Origin: the human T2T-CHM13v2.0 reference genome, Homo sapiens | Length of the DNA: 64,000 bases | Direction: 5' to 3' (one strand) | Assembly: GCF_009914755.1 (NCBI RefSeq) | Contig: NC_060932.1 | Part shown: positions 12,776 through 28,048 of the stretch, one piece after another | How the letters are laid out: every line of letters starts with the position of its first letter | Numbering within the stretch: the first letter of the stretch is position 1 | The notes under the pieces: model-generated | Seen by the model: the letters and a program-made list of their open reading frames with translations, nothing else | What the model was told of the DNA's origin: nothing | The model's database searches: none | Translations under genes and position numbers: made by a program

Positions 12776-13869
12776 CTTAATATGTTAACACCTGCTATAG
12801 GGAACATTTCAAACAGAAATTCAGCCAAAAGTCCAGTCTCAAATGTGCATTTATTTTCAATAATTAGTTTTGTTAATGCTAAAGAGATACCAGAGCAAGA
12901 TGGAAAAGATCAGAAGATAGCAAGATTTTTTGAAAAAATGGATTATTAAAAATACAATTTTAAATAGAACATATACATTGAGAGCAGAAAGGGGGTCACA
13001 GTGTAGAGAAGCACAGGCATACATGCTAAATGGATGTTAGTGACCATGTGTCCTTTAACAATATGCCTAATCTCAGGCTGCAGTAATTTTTCTAGTTCAC
13101 TGAATTATTCAAGGATCAAATACAATAATGGATATGACACTGCGTTGTTCAATGTGGCATGCAACACAAATGTAAGGTGACTTTTTATAAGCATTATTAT
13201 CATCCCTTATTGCCAGCCATGGCCCAAACACTTTTGTCAACAGAAAAAGGACAGGCAAGATTCTCATCATCAGGAAAGTCTGACTCCAAATGGCAGATGC
13301 CTAGAAAATGACCACTTTGCACATTTAAGTTCCACCTCATCTCACACCAGAGCTGCCAGGTCAACTGACTTGAGCTTCGTAAACCTAAATCAGCACATTT
13401 GGGTTCTCAGTGACCACACTCTTCATTTGCATTCAGGTAAGTCTTGCAACTTGAAAGCTGTTCAGAGTTTAAACCTCAATGGAAAATCTTGTCTGAAATT
13501 CCTGGGAGGAAACTAAGTATCAACCTGGGGCAGCTTCCTGAAATGGCAGAACTGAAGGCTTAATTAAGTTTAGAAGCACTATCCTGCCTTCTCACTCCAG
13601 CCCTACCTCCTTCGGCAAAGTCCACCCAGGCTCCACACACAAGAGGTGGGTGACGGCTGTGGGGAAGAGATTCTGCTCTGCTCTGACCTGCAGTCTTGGT
13701 CCCACTATCTTTGCCTTCTTTGACCTTCTAGTGCCTCCTCTTCTCGCCTCTTTCAGACTCTTCATACAACTAGGTATGTGACGGCACCAGCTCTGCCCAG
13801 TTCCAATGGCAACATAGAATAAAAGCACATGCTCATCAATTAAAACATTACAACATAAGCGTAACTGGA

Positions 13870-14065
13870 GACTTACTTCCCAGACCCATTATCTAAACAC
13901 TTTGCTATATTTAATCCTTACAACATCTCCATTAGACAGATGAGAAAACTAAGGCTTGTGGAGGTGAAGAGTCTTCTTAGGACCCACAAACGTAAGTGGC
14001 AGAGATGAAATCTCAACCTGGGCATATCTGATATTCACACTTGAGCTCCTGAATCCAATGCTAGA
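13870..14065 (-). mobile_element. MIR SINE
   Basis: ttaatccttacaac...acagatgagaaaactaaggct...gtaagtggcagag. Confidence 0.7.
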
Positions 14066-14389
14066 GCTGTGCCTCCTGGGGAAGAGGTGGTAGGCTTGGA
14101 GGACAAGAAGCCAGAGAATTATCATGGTGCATCATGCAAAACTTTTTTATTTGAAGAGTTTTTGTATGTGAAAAATATGTTACATTAAAACAAACAGGAT
14201 GTATTATGGAGTAGAAATCCATAAGAATATAACTTTTAATTAAAAAAAATAAAAGAATTCAAGTAATTGCATGCATGCATGGCTACCCTGTCATGGGAGG
14301 AGCTCCTGCCTTTCACTCTGCCATGTGGGGGTAGCTCAGTGAGGAAAGCAGACCGTGGATACCAGAAGGGACCCCTGATTCACCCAAAC

Positions 14390-14540
14390 TGGTGGTGCCC
14401 AAATCTGCCCATATATTAGTATTATCGGGGATGTTTTGTTAAAAAAAATACCCATGTATAGGCTTTACCTACAAAGATTATGGTTCAGTTGATCTGGAGT
14501 GGTCCCAGGCATCAGTATTATTTAAAAACTCCTCAGCTAG
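14390..14540. mobile_element. MER5-like hAT-Charlie fragment
   Basis: ttcagttgatctggagtggtcccaggcatcagtattatttaaaaactcctcag. Confidence 0.55.
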
Positions 14541-14684
14541 AGATGAGAATGACTCCACAACAAAAAGCATGCATGATAATATTGCTTAAATAAACATGAT
14601 TTAAATAAGTGCCTTTTCTCATTCATTCAATACATGTTCATTGCATGCCAGTGTGAGCAGGGCACTGGACTTGGGACAGTGGCA

Positions 14685-15083
14685 GAGATACCCCTGGACT
14701 TATGATGGGGTTAGGTCCCAACAAAACCATCATCGTAAGTTGAAAATAGTGAAAGGCGAAAAGCATCGAATACACTTAACCTACCAAACACCATGGATTA
14801 GCCCCACCTACCTCAAATGTGCTCAGAAATCTTACATTAGATTTCAGTTAGACAAAATCATCTGGCAACACAGTGCACTGTAGAATGTAGGTTGTTTACT
14901 CTCATGATTGCATGGCTGACTGGGAGTTGAAACTCGCTTCCCAGTATTGCAAGAGTATCATACCACATATTGCTAGCCCAGGGAAAGATCAAGAATTCAC
15001 AATTCAAAGTTCAGTTTCTACTGAATGCATATTGTAAAGTTGAAAAATTGTAAGTCAAATCATCATAAGTGGAGGACTGTCTG
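14685..15083 (+). mobile_element. MER47B/Tigger5-derived DNA transposon
   Basis: gacttatgatggggttaggtcc...catcgtaagttgaaaat start, the MER47B-type internal segment catctggcaacacagtgcactgtaga, and end catcataagtggaggactgtctg-ta. Confidence 0.8.
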
Positions 15084-15974
15084 TACTTCTATACAATTCT
15101 GCAATTCATGTCTGAGATGTCTCCTGGAGGCCTGAAAGACTTAATTGGGCTGTCTCATTACTTTTCATTTCTTCATTTCTGCCCTCAGACAGATTGCATT
15201 CAATAGTAGTTTGAATAGCCTCTTTTTATAACCCTTATCTCTAGCTGGCGGCAAATAAAATGGTGGAGGAAAGAAAGAAATAATTTCCTCTTGATGTCAC
15301 CAAGAGACAAAGTTACAGGACTAGTGCTAGGTGAAGGCAAAGTAGAGGCGGATGTTAACAGAAAAAAAAAAAAAAAAAAGGAATGAGAATCTGACAGAAG
15401 CAGTATGACTCACCAGCTGAGAATGTACCCCCGCTGAATTCTGAATTCCTCTAGGTCAGGTGTTGAATGATCACTAAACCAAATTGAAATAGGATGATGA
15501 ATTTAAGCATATAGGACATTTGTGCCAAGCCAGTCATTGCAACGGTGACACTGAGAGTGAGAGACAGAGAGAAAGGATAAAGAAGACACCAACAAAGGAA
15601 TTAAAGAAGTTGTCATTTTAGGAAGTTGTGGTTTGAAGTAATGCCAAGAGAAGACCATGCATGAATAGCTACTGAGATTGAGCAGTTTCTAATCCAGTCA
15701 CCAGCATTTGTTAACAGACAGTTTGCAGGATTTTGACTCAGGTTCAGGACCCATCCGATCTTCAAATTATCTGTTTGCAATTGAAGACTTGAGGCTGCCT
15801 GATGAAGCTGGATAACATACCTAACTCAGGCATTTAAGTGCATCCTTGTGTTCCCTTATAGGTGATAATAACTGGTGTATTATTTTGAATTCCTCTATGC
15901 GTGGAGCATTGCTCTAAATGCATCTCATGGATAAAACCATTTCATCATAGCAATAGCCCTATTATACAATAAGT

Positions 15975-16401
15975 ATGTGCCGCAGCAAGGGTGTGCACTG
16001 CTTAGGTCTCCTTTCATAAGACATTCTAAACCCACTGCTATGCTAACTCTCAAGCCACACTGTCCCTGGGCTGTTCCCAGCCAATAACTGAGCACAGCTG
16101 AGGGTATCAGAGCCAAAGAACTGTGTCAAACATAGGACTACTCTAATGGGCAATATTTGCTCAGGGACTCCTCATTAGCCTGGCCAGGATTTTCTTAGAA
16201 GTGCCTTACAGTATGAGGATCTTCCTTCACAATTCTTTCTTCCCACTCTCCGTTCATGGGTGTTAGACTTACTTTTGTAATCTGAAGGTTCTCCATGCTA
16301 TGCTTGCTCTCTCTCCATTTTATACGACATAGGTGCTTCTCCCAATGTCTTGCATATCTATATATGTCTTGCATCTTCTTCTCAGAGTACTTGAACTGAC
16401 A
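15975..16401 (+). mobile_element. LTR16-family (ERVL) solo LTR
   Basis: cccagccaataactgagcacagc...tttgctcagggactcctcattagcctggcc...cttctcagagtacttgaactgaca terminus. Confidence 0.7.
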
Positions 16402-16919
16402 AATTTTGATTAACCATATTATCAGGGGATCATTAAACAAAACATTGATCAGTTGACCAGGAAGTAACAGAGCAGGTATTTGAATCCACGGAGAGAGACT
16501 TTGGTGTTTTCTCTTAATAATTATGTCCATGTTGAAAACTCCTGGGAGGAAGGAGACTGGGATCCACTCTCTATTGATATGAAACTATGACGGATTTGGA
16601 AGGTCTGGCAACAAAAAGGACAAGTGGACTCATTGACAAGATACTCTTCCTAGCCTTAATGTGACATTAAGGGAGTGGTGCTATATCTGATGAACTTGTT
16701 TCTCAGACCCAGGAAGTGAAAAGGGATAGATGTGGCAAAGGAATGGAGATTTGAGGTGCTGAAGGAAATATGCCCTGATGCCCCACAGGCTGGTGAGAAC
16801 TGTAACTTGCTGATCACATGTTATGCAATGCAATGAATGACAGAGCTAGAGCAATCTCTTTTGTTTTTTGTTTTTTCTGCCAAATTTCTTTCAGGCCCAC
16901 AGCATCTTATTATGAAGAG

Positions 16920-17150
16920 CAATAATGTGGAGACAATGCACAGTCTTTGGCAGGAGGCAAATCTGAGTTCAAATTTCTGTTCCTTGTTATCTGGGTGACA
17001 CTGTAATATTCAATCTCTAGGAATCTCAATTTTCACATTTGGACTCTAGAGATAATATAATTCTATTTTAAGAATTTTAAAGCATTGCATGAGATAACGT
17101 AAATAAATTACTGTGATACGTGGTAGTAATGCTACCAGTGCTGATTAATT
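16920..17150 (+). mobile_element. MIR SINE
   Basis: atctgagttcaaatttctgttcc...gggtgac...ctcaattttcacattt. Confidence 0.6.
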
Positions 17151-17644
17151 TTCTAAAAAACACATGCTTTGAATTTACATGGTGGGGTTCAGTTTCTCCA
17201 GGTACCAAGATAGTTATCTGGGTCTAGGAAAGTCTTGGCCAGCTTACAGGTGAGAGCTTACCCCTAGTTTTTTTAATCTGAACCATGATGAATTACTTGG
17301 TATGTGTTTTGCTTTCCCTATCAGTATTTCTGAAAGATGCAGTGACTCCTTATACTATTCAAGCAAGAAAATCCATTGCTTTTCATCCGTCTAAATGAGC
17401 TCCCAATTGAGACTACTTTTCTTACTCTTGCTTCTTCTCTCTTTGTGACTTGTTTACGAACAGTAGAGATTCAATACCTTTCTTATTTTTCAAAAATGCC
17501 ATTTGATTACAACCTTGCTCCACACACTCCTTAGGGCTTATTGAGGTGTCTTGTGTAAAAGAAAGAGGCCAAGTAGTTGGTCGTGAGGTCATCTCTACAT
17601 GAAGATTTCTCCTCTTTTAAAGATTCTCTTTGAAGAAAGGTGAT

Positions 17645-17992
17645 TTCTGTTATATCATTGCATAACTAATCATCTTAAAACTCAGTGGCTTAAACCAACA
17701 GCAGTAATTTATTCTTGAATCGTAAATTTGAGAAGAACTTGGTTGGATGGCTGCTACAGGCTCAAGGTCTCACACAGTTGCAGTCAGATGGTGATTGGAA
17801 TGCAGCATCTGAAGACTGGCAGGGCTTCTCTCTTCATTTAGCCACAGGGATTCTCCATGTGGTCTCTCCACATGGACCGGTTTGGACTTTCACAGCATGT
17901 CAGCCTCAGGGCAGTGGCACTGCTTCCATGAAGACTTGTGTACCAAGACAGGTGTTCCAGCTCCCAGCTGAAGAGCAATTGCCTATTATTAT
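17645..17992 (-). mobile_element. MLT1 (G/H-like) LTR, left part, split by HERV-L
   Basis: ttgcataactaatcatcttaaaactcagtggcttaaaccaaca is an antisense MLT1 3' end; the element resumes at 27302. Confidence 0.7.
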
Positions 17993-18449
17993 TGTATCAG
18001 TCAGGGCTCTCTAGAGGGACAGAACTGATGGAATATATATATGTTTTTTATATATATCATATATATTATATATATCACATTTATATCTATATCTATATAT
18101 AAATAGGAGAGAGTTTATTAAGTACTAACTCACAAGATCACAAGGTCCCACAATAGGTCATATGCAGGTTGAGGTGCAAGGAGAGCCAGTCCGAGTTCCA
18201 AAACTGAAGAACCTGGAGTTGATGTTCGAGGGCAGCTTGGGAGAAAGATGTAGACTGGGAGGCTAGGCCAGTCTCTCTTTTCACATTTGTCTGCCTCCTT
18301 ATATTCTAGCTGTGCTGGAAGCTGATTAGATGGTGCCCATCCAGATTAAGGGTGGGTCTGCCTTTCCCAGCCCATTGACTCAAATATTACTCTCCTTTGG
18401 TAACACCCTCACAGACACACCCAGGATTAACTCAGTATTAACTATCACA
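17993..18449 (-). mobile_element. 3' LTR (MLT2A1)
   Basis: tgtatcagtcagggctctctagagggacagaact...actatcaca, followed directly by the antisense polypurine tract agtccacccctt. Confidence 0.9.
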
Positions 18450-18461
18450 AGTCCACCCCTT
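18450..18461 (-). other. Polypurine tract (plus-strand primer) of HERV-L
   Basis: AAGGGGTGGACT on the minus strand abuts the 3' LTR start TGTGAT. Confidence 0.8.
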
Positions 18462-18726
18462 GTCAACTTGAACACATACACATCTCCTGAGATTATACAT
18501 AATCTTCAAATAAAGACAATAATAAGGTCATAATTATGCCTGACATAATACAGCTATCCTTCATAAAACCAGAAATGCACCAATCCTCGACCCAAATACT
18601 GGCACATAAAATTAACAATACTTAAATGTTGATGTGAAGTCAATAAATCTTATACCACATGATAAAGGGAAAGGAAATAAAATGAAGATATTTTCTTAGT
18701 ACAAGTGTACACATGCACAAACATGT

Positions 18727-22027
<3,301 letters not shown>

Positions 22028-22159
22028 ATGTTTTTATCAAAAGAAAGAGGACATACTCATGACAATTATAGTCCTCGTTTCTGCAGCTGGTCATATGGTC
22101 ATAGCTAGTATTGATGACTACCTTCTTCTACTACCCATTCTGTATTCCCTTTGCCTTCA

Positions 22160-22600
22160 GCAAACACCTTAGCAGGTCATGGCTTTTTTCCTGGTGGAGT
22201 GACCCAAACCTTCATTCCTGAAAGGTCTGGGTCATTTGTAGTCCTGCCTGGATTGGACTGTTGTAGTTTCCCATTGACCTTTATCACAAGGCATGGTAAT
22301 ACTAAGAGATGCCCTAATGGATCTCCTGTATTCCATGCATACTCTTCCTTACCTCCGTTGTGGAGTAGTAGACTGATTTCATCTTCACAGTCCTGGTCAA
22401 TCACCCCAGATAACACTGTAACTCCTTTCTTAGCCTGTTGCCTTAAAGGTAAGAGGAGCCCAAAGTTTCCAGGTGGCAATCTTAACTTCCAGCTTAACAG
22501 AATCATTGTTGTGTCTCCTGGTGGCAGCATTCTCCTTCTGGAACTAAGAACTCTAGGCCAGCAGAATGTAATGTCATGGAAACAGGAAGCAAAAATTTTG
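22160..22600 (-). pseudogene. HERV-L dUTPase remnant
   Basis: ORF 22177-22530 contains LRLPPGNFGLLL...KGVTVLSGVIDQDCEDEISLLLHN, a degenerate dUTPase motif 3, located after the integrase as in ERV-L. Confidence 0.85.
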
Positions 22601-23400
22601 CTAGTAGATCACTGGGGATGATGGTGAGTGGTGTCACTTCCACTTCCATCCCTTTAATCCTGGAGCCGTGAGTCCTGGCTATGGGAGAAACAGTGCCATA
22701 TATGGGATGCTGATTCAGAGCATACACAGTCTTCTGGAGAACTTTACCCCAGGTCTGCAAAGTATTGTTACCTAGTTGGCATTGTAATTGTGACTTCAAA
22801 AGGCCGTTCCATCATTTTATCAATTCAGCTGCTTCAGGATGACAGATAACATGGTAAGACCAGTGAATTCTATGAGCATAAGCCCACTGCTGCACTTTTT
22901 AAGCCATAAAGTGAGTGCCTTGGTCAGAGGCAATGCTGTGTAGAATACCACGATGGCGGATAAGACATTCCATGAGTCCATGGATGGTAGTCTTGACAGA
23001 AGCATTGTGTACAAGATAGGCAAACTCATATCCAGAGTAAGTGTCTATTCCAGTGAGGACAAACCTCTGTCCTTTCCATGATGGAAGAGGTCCAATATAA
23101 TCCACCTGCCACCAGGTATCTGGCTGGTCACCCTGAGGAATGGTGCCATATAAAGGTCTCAGTGTTGGTCTCTGCTGCTGGCAAATTGGGCACTCAGCAG
23201 TGGCCGTAGGCAGGTCAGCATTGGTGAGTGAAAGTCCATGTTGCTGAGCCCATGCATAAACTCCATCCCTGCCCCCATGGCCACTTTGTTCATGGACCCG
23301 TTGGACAACAGCAGAGGTGGCTGGGGAAAGAGGCTGAGTGGTGTCCACAGAATGGGTCATCCTATCCACTTTATTATTAAAATCCTCCTCTGCTGAGGTC
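22600..23400 (-). pseudogene. HERV-L integrase remnant
   Basis: HHCC zinc finger (HEQSGH...CPIC), WQVDYIGPLP and SDQGTHF in ORF 22899-23549; a stop precedes the catalytic E. Confidence 0.9.
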
Positions 23401-25080
23401 ACCCGTTGGTGAGCACTCACATAGGATACAAACATCTTCAGTTTTTTACCACTCGGAGAGGTCCATCCACATACCTCTTCTGCAAACTTCTTTGTCACCA
23501 ATTTTCCAATCATGCTTCTTCCAAGTCCCTGACTATCCAGCCAAACCATTGGCTACAGCCCATAAATCAGTTTATAATTGCACATATGGCCATTTCTCCT
23601 TCCATGCAAAGTGCACAACCAGGTGCACTGCTAGAAATTCTGCCCACTGGGAAGATTTCCCTTCACTGCTGTCCTTCAGAGATGTCCTAGAAAGGGGCTG
23701 TAGTGCTGCAGCTGTCCACTTTCAGGTGGTGCCTGCATATCATGCAGAACCATCTGTGAACCAGGCCCTAGTCTTCTCTTCCTCTGTCAACTGATCATAG
23801 GGAACTCCCCATGAGGCCATCCATGCTGGCTGCGGGAGAGAAGGCAGGGTGGCAGGAGTGGAGACGTATCACGTATATACCACGTCCATCTGATGATAGA
23901 ATGCTGCTGTGCATGACCCACTTTATGGCTAGGTGGGTCAGAAAGCACCCAGTTCACAATAGGCAGTTCAGGTTGCATGGTGACTTGATGGCCCATAGTC
24001 AAACATTCAGTTTCCACTAAAGCCCAGTAACAGGCCAAGAACTGTCTCAAAAGGAGAGTAGTTATATGCAGAAGATGTCATGGCCTTGCTCCAAAATCCT
24101 GGAGGCCTCTGCTGTGATTCACCCATGGGGGCCTGCCAAAGGCTCCAAACAGCATCCTGGTTGCCACCGACACCTCAAGGACGATTGGATATGCTGGGTC
24201 ATATGGCCCAAGTAAGTGGCAGAGCAGCTTGCGCAGCAGCCTGGACCTGTTGCAGAGCCTTTTCCTGTTCTGGACCCCACTCAAAACAAGCAGCCTTTCA
24301 GTTCACTTGATAAATGGGCTGGAGTAACACACCCAAATGAGGAATGTGTTACCACTAAAATCTAAATAAGCCCACTAGGCGTTGTGCCTCTTTCTTGCTT
24401 GTATGAGAGGCCAAATGCAGCAACATATCTCTCACCTTAGAAGGAATAGTTTGACAGGCCCCACACCACTGGACCCCTAGAAATTTTACTAAGGTAGAAG
24501 TTCCTGAATTTTAGTCTGATCTATTTCCCATCCTCTGGTATGTAAATGTCTTGCCAATAAGTCCAGTGTGTTTGCTACTTCTTGATCATTGGAACCAATC
24601 AGTATAATGTCATCAATATAATGGACGAGTGTGATATTTTGAGGAAGTGAAAAGCTATCAAGCTATTTCCAAATAAGATTATTACATAAAGCTGGAGAGT
24701 TTATATGCCCCTGAGGTAGGACAGTAAAGGTATACTGGTGGCATTGTCAGCTGAAGGCAAATTGCTTCTGGTGGGCCTTATGAACAGGAATGAAGAAAAA
24801 GACATTTACCATGTCCATGGCTGTACACCATGTACCAGGAGATGTGTTAATGTGCTCAAGCAATGAAACTACACCTGGTACAGAAGCTGCAATTGGAATC
24901 ACCACTTGGTTAAGCTTACAATAATCCACTGTCATTCTCCAAGATCCATCTGTCTTCTGCACAGGCCAAATGGGAGAGTTGAACGGGATGTGGTGGGAAT
25001 CACTACCCCTGTGTCTTTCAAGTTTTTGATGGTGGCACTAATCTCCAAAGTCCCTCCAGGGGTGTGATACTGTTTTTCAT
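23400..25080 (-). pseudogene. HERV-L RT/RNase H remnant
   Basis: [17 protein letters not shown] and [18 protein letters not shown]; VHYIDDIIL encoded near 24601-24626; WFTDGSA RNase H motif near 23745-23765; many frameshifts. Confidence 0.9.
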
Positions 25081-25460
25081 TTACTATTTTTCTAGGTGGA
25101 GGCAGCTCTAATGGCTTCCATTTGGCCTTTCCACCATAATAGTCCTCACCCTACCAGTCAGGGAGCCAGTGTGGGGGTTCTGCCAGCTGCTAAGTATGTC
25201 TATGCCAATTACACATTCTGATACTGGGGAGATAACCATAGGATGAGTCCAGGGACCCACTGGACCCACTGTAAGTTGGACCTGAGCTAAAAACTCCATT
25301 AATTACCTGACCTCCATAAGCCCCTACTTTAACTGGAGGACCAAAATGACATTTTGGCTCCCTTGGAATCAATATCCACTCAGAGCCAGCGTCCAGTAGT
25401 CCCCAAAATGTCTAATCATTTCCCTTTCCCCAGTGCACGGTTACCCTGGTAAAAGGCCGG
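25080..25460 (-). pseudogene. HERV-L protease remnant
   Basis: LLDAGSE (degenerate DTG active site) near 25380-25400; GAYGGQVING and VIGIDIL motifs in ORF fragments. Confidence 0.8.
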
Positions 25461-26798
25461 AGGTCTTCTTGGGTAAGGATGGGAGAAAGATTCACTGCAT
25501 AAATTGTTGATAGTGTAGTGGGGTCCTTCCTCAAGGGGACCCGGCCTCTCTTCACTCAAGGGGTTCTAGGTCTGCAAACTGGCTCAACTCTGGACATTGA
25601 TTGAAGGGCCATGATTCTCTGTTTTTAAAGCTCAAATTAGTCTTTTGTCCATTCGACCTAGAAGTTTTCTGCTTTTATAAATTAAGTGGGAATTCAGGAG
25701 GTTTCCTAACAATTTCAGTTCTAGGAACACCATGATTAATTAGCTAATGCCAGAGCTCTACATGAGTCAGACTATTCTGATTGTTGCTTTGCCTCTGCTG
25801 TCCATTATAGTAGCTACGTCCACCTTGCTTTTGACGGTTGAGTGCCGCCACTTGGCCCCTGTCACCTCAGGATCTAATTATTCCCACCGTATTTAAATTT
25901 TGTAGTTGGGTGACTGCGGTTCCCACTGTTAGATCTGAAATACAGAGAAGAGCAATTACGGGGCTCTTCGAAGATGTAGGTGCTGCCCTCACAAATCTAT
26001 TTTGCAAGGCACTGATCAAGGGTATATCTTCTGGACCCTCCCAGCTGGGATAAGTAGGTCTAAAGTGACTAATCCACTCCACCATCCCAATCTCCCTAAG
26101 CCTTTGGATCCCTTCCTCTACATTAAACCAAGGTAGATCAGCCGTTTGCAGCTTACTCACAGTGGACTATCTTCTAATCCATATTTCAGCTAACAAACCA
26201 AATAAACTATTAGCAAATAAACTATTAAACCTTTTTGAACTTCCTGAGCTGCAATATTAAATGCAGAGTCCCTACTTAGTGGGCCCAAGTCAATAAATTC
26301 AGCCTGATCCAACTCTATATTTTTACACTATTATCCCACACCCTTAATATCCATTCCCATGCCTGTTCTCCAGATTTCTGTTTATATAAATTAGAAAATG
26401 CAAGCAGATTTTTTTTTTTTTAGTGTAGCGCACCTCCTCATGGGTCACACTCTCAACCTCACCTCCTAGGGGCCTGCTGGAATTGTAGTCTAGCTATAGG
26501 TCTAGAAGCAAACAAAGGTGTTGGGGGTGGCTCCTGAGGAGCATCAACATTATTCCGTGGGACAACTGCCTCAGAGGAAGCCATCACTGTTGCCTCAGGC
26601 AATGCAGGGTTTATCTCCTCAGACAAAGGTGGAAAGGCTGATGGCAGCATGGGTCAGGAAGCGAATGTTGCCACTACTGAGGATGGTGAAGCTGTTTCTT
26701 CTGGCAAAAAAGGTTCATAAGAGTTTACAAACTCAGTGTCCCTAGCTTCATCAGGGTCCTCCCACATGTCCCTATTCCAAGTTGCAGAGTATCATTCT
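25460..26798 (-). pseudogene. HERV-L gag remnant (5' part deleted)
   Basis: LPWFNVEEGIQRLREIGMVEWI and SAFPPLSEEINPALPEATVMAS are ERV-L gag peptides. Confidence 0.85.
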
Positions 26799-26799
26799 C

Positions 26800-27296
26800 T
26801 GCATATATACATATATGTGTGTGTGTGTATGTGTATATATATGAGTGTGTGTATATATATATATATATATATACTCACACATACACACACACACATATAT
26901 AAAGGGGAGTTTATTAAGTATTAACTCACAAGATCACAAGGTTCCACACCCACAATAGGCCATCTGCAGGCTGAAGAGCGAGGAGAGCCAGTCCGAGCTC
27001 CAAAACTGAAGAACTTGGAGTCTGACGTTTGAGGATAGGAAGCATCCAGCATGGGAGAAGGATGTAGGCTGAGAGGCTAGGCCAGTCTCTCTTTTCACAT
27101 TTTTCTGCCTCCTTATATTCTAGCCATGCTGGAAGCTGATTAGATTGTGCCCACCCAGATTATGGGTGGGTCTGCCTTTCCCACCCCACTGACTCAAATG
27201 TTACTCTCCTTTAGTAACACCCTCACAGACACACCCAGGATCAATACTTTTTATCTTTCCATCCAGTCAAGTTGACACTCAGTATTAACCATCACA
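26800..27296 (-). mobile_element. 5' LTR (MLT2A1), U5 end deleted
   Basis: Starts TGTGATGGTTAATACTGAGTGTCAACTTG on the minus strand; about 8% mismatch to the 3' LTR by eye; ends in a (TA/TG)n tract fused to gag. Confidence 0.9.
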
Positions 27297-27301
27297 ATTA
27301 T

Positions 27302-27470
27302 CAAGCATCAGAAGTCATACAGCATTACTTCCACCACATTCCATTGATTACAATAAAGTCACCGTCCCCCTCAGATTAAAGAAAGGAATTAAACTGTACC
27401 TTTTCCTAAGAAAGTGTCAAGGTTCAAGAATAGCACATGGCATTATTTTGGACCTCTTTGGAAAATACAG
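27302..27470 (-). mobile_element. MLT1 LTR, right part (continuation of 17645-17992)
   Basis: cagaagtcatacagcattacttccaccacattccattg...ctttggaaaataca. Confidence 0.65.
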
Positions 27471-27565
27471 TGAGTCACAGATAGATATTTCCAAATATGG
27501 ATAGCTAGATATAGATGTTTGAATGCATTGAATATATGACTCTATTGAATGTTTATGTATATTAT

Positions 27566-27593
27566 ACACACACACACACACACATACACACAC
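27566..27593. repeat. (CA)n microsatellite
   Basis: Direct observation. Confidence 0.9.
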
Positions 27594-28048
27594 GCGGCAA
27601 TGTTTCTCAAACTATAGTCTTTGGACCCTTTCCAGTAACAAATCCGAAGGCCAGCTAAAATTGCTTGACATGCTACCCACCCTCAGTGATAGTTTTCCTT
27701 AACTGAATTTCATTTTCCCTAAATTGCAACAGATTCTAGCCCCACTCCAACTGCCAGAAGGTCTTTGATTGTAGTGCAGTGAGAATTGTTCCCAAGTGAC
27801 CCTGAAAGCTCAAGCTGAGCTTCCTGAATCATGGGATCAAGCTCCCCTCTTTTAGAAGGATTCTAAATGGGATTAGTCCCCACCATTCTCCCCATGGTAG
27901 GGGCTGCACCCAGATTTAGCTGTCCACAGAATCAACGGTTTCTCTCTCCCAACAAGAGGAGGTGCAAGTAATTTCTCCAAAGTCTCAAAGTCCCCAGATA
28001 CTTGTCACCCTTCATTATTAGACAACTCCTATTAAATAATGAGTGCCC

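Noticed and set aside
12443-12828. REGG- and LPPS-repeat ORFs
   Set aside because: Translation of the (GGGA)n tract; no coding evidence.
13434-13442. Perfect plus-strand splice donor CAG|GTAAGT
   Set aside because: No convincing paired acceptor or reading frame; can occur by chance in 64 kb.
18424-18429. GGATTA (OTX/CRX-type) site at a small deletion junction in the 3' LTR
   Set aside because: A single 6-mer is not evidence of function.
22899-23549. Longest ORF (216 aa) as a domesticated integrase gene
   Set aside because: It starts out of frame, stops before the catalytic glutamate of DDE and is flanked by frameshifts. It is an ordinary HERV-L pol remnant.
26201-26228. Short tandem duplication aaataaactatta in gag
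   Set aside because: Ordinary slippage mutation in a dead provirus.
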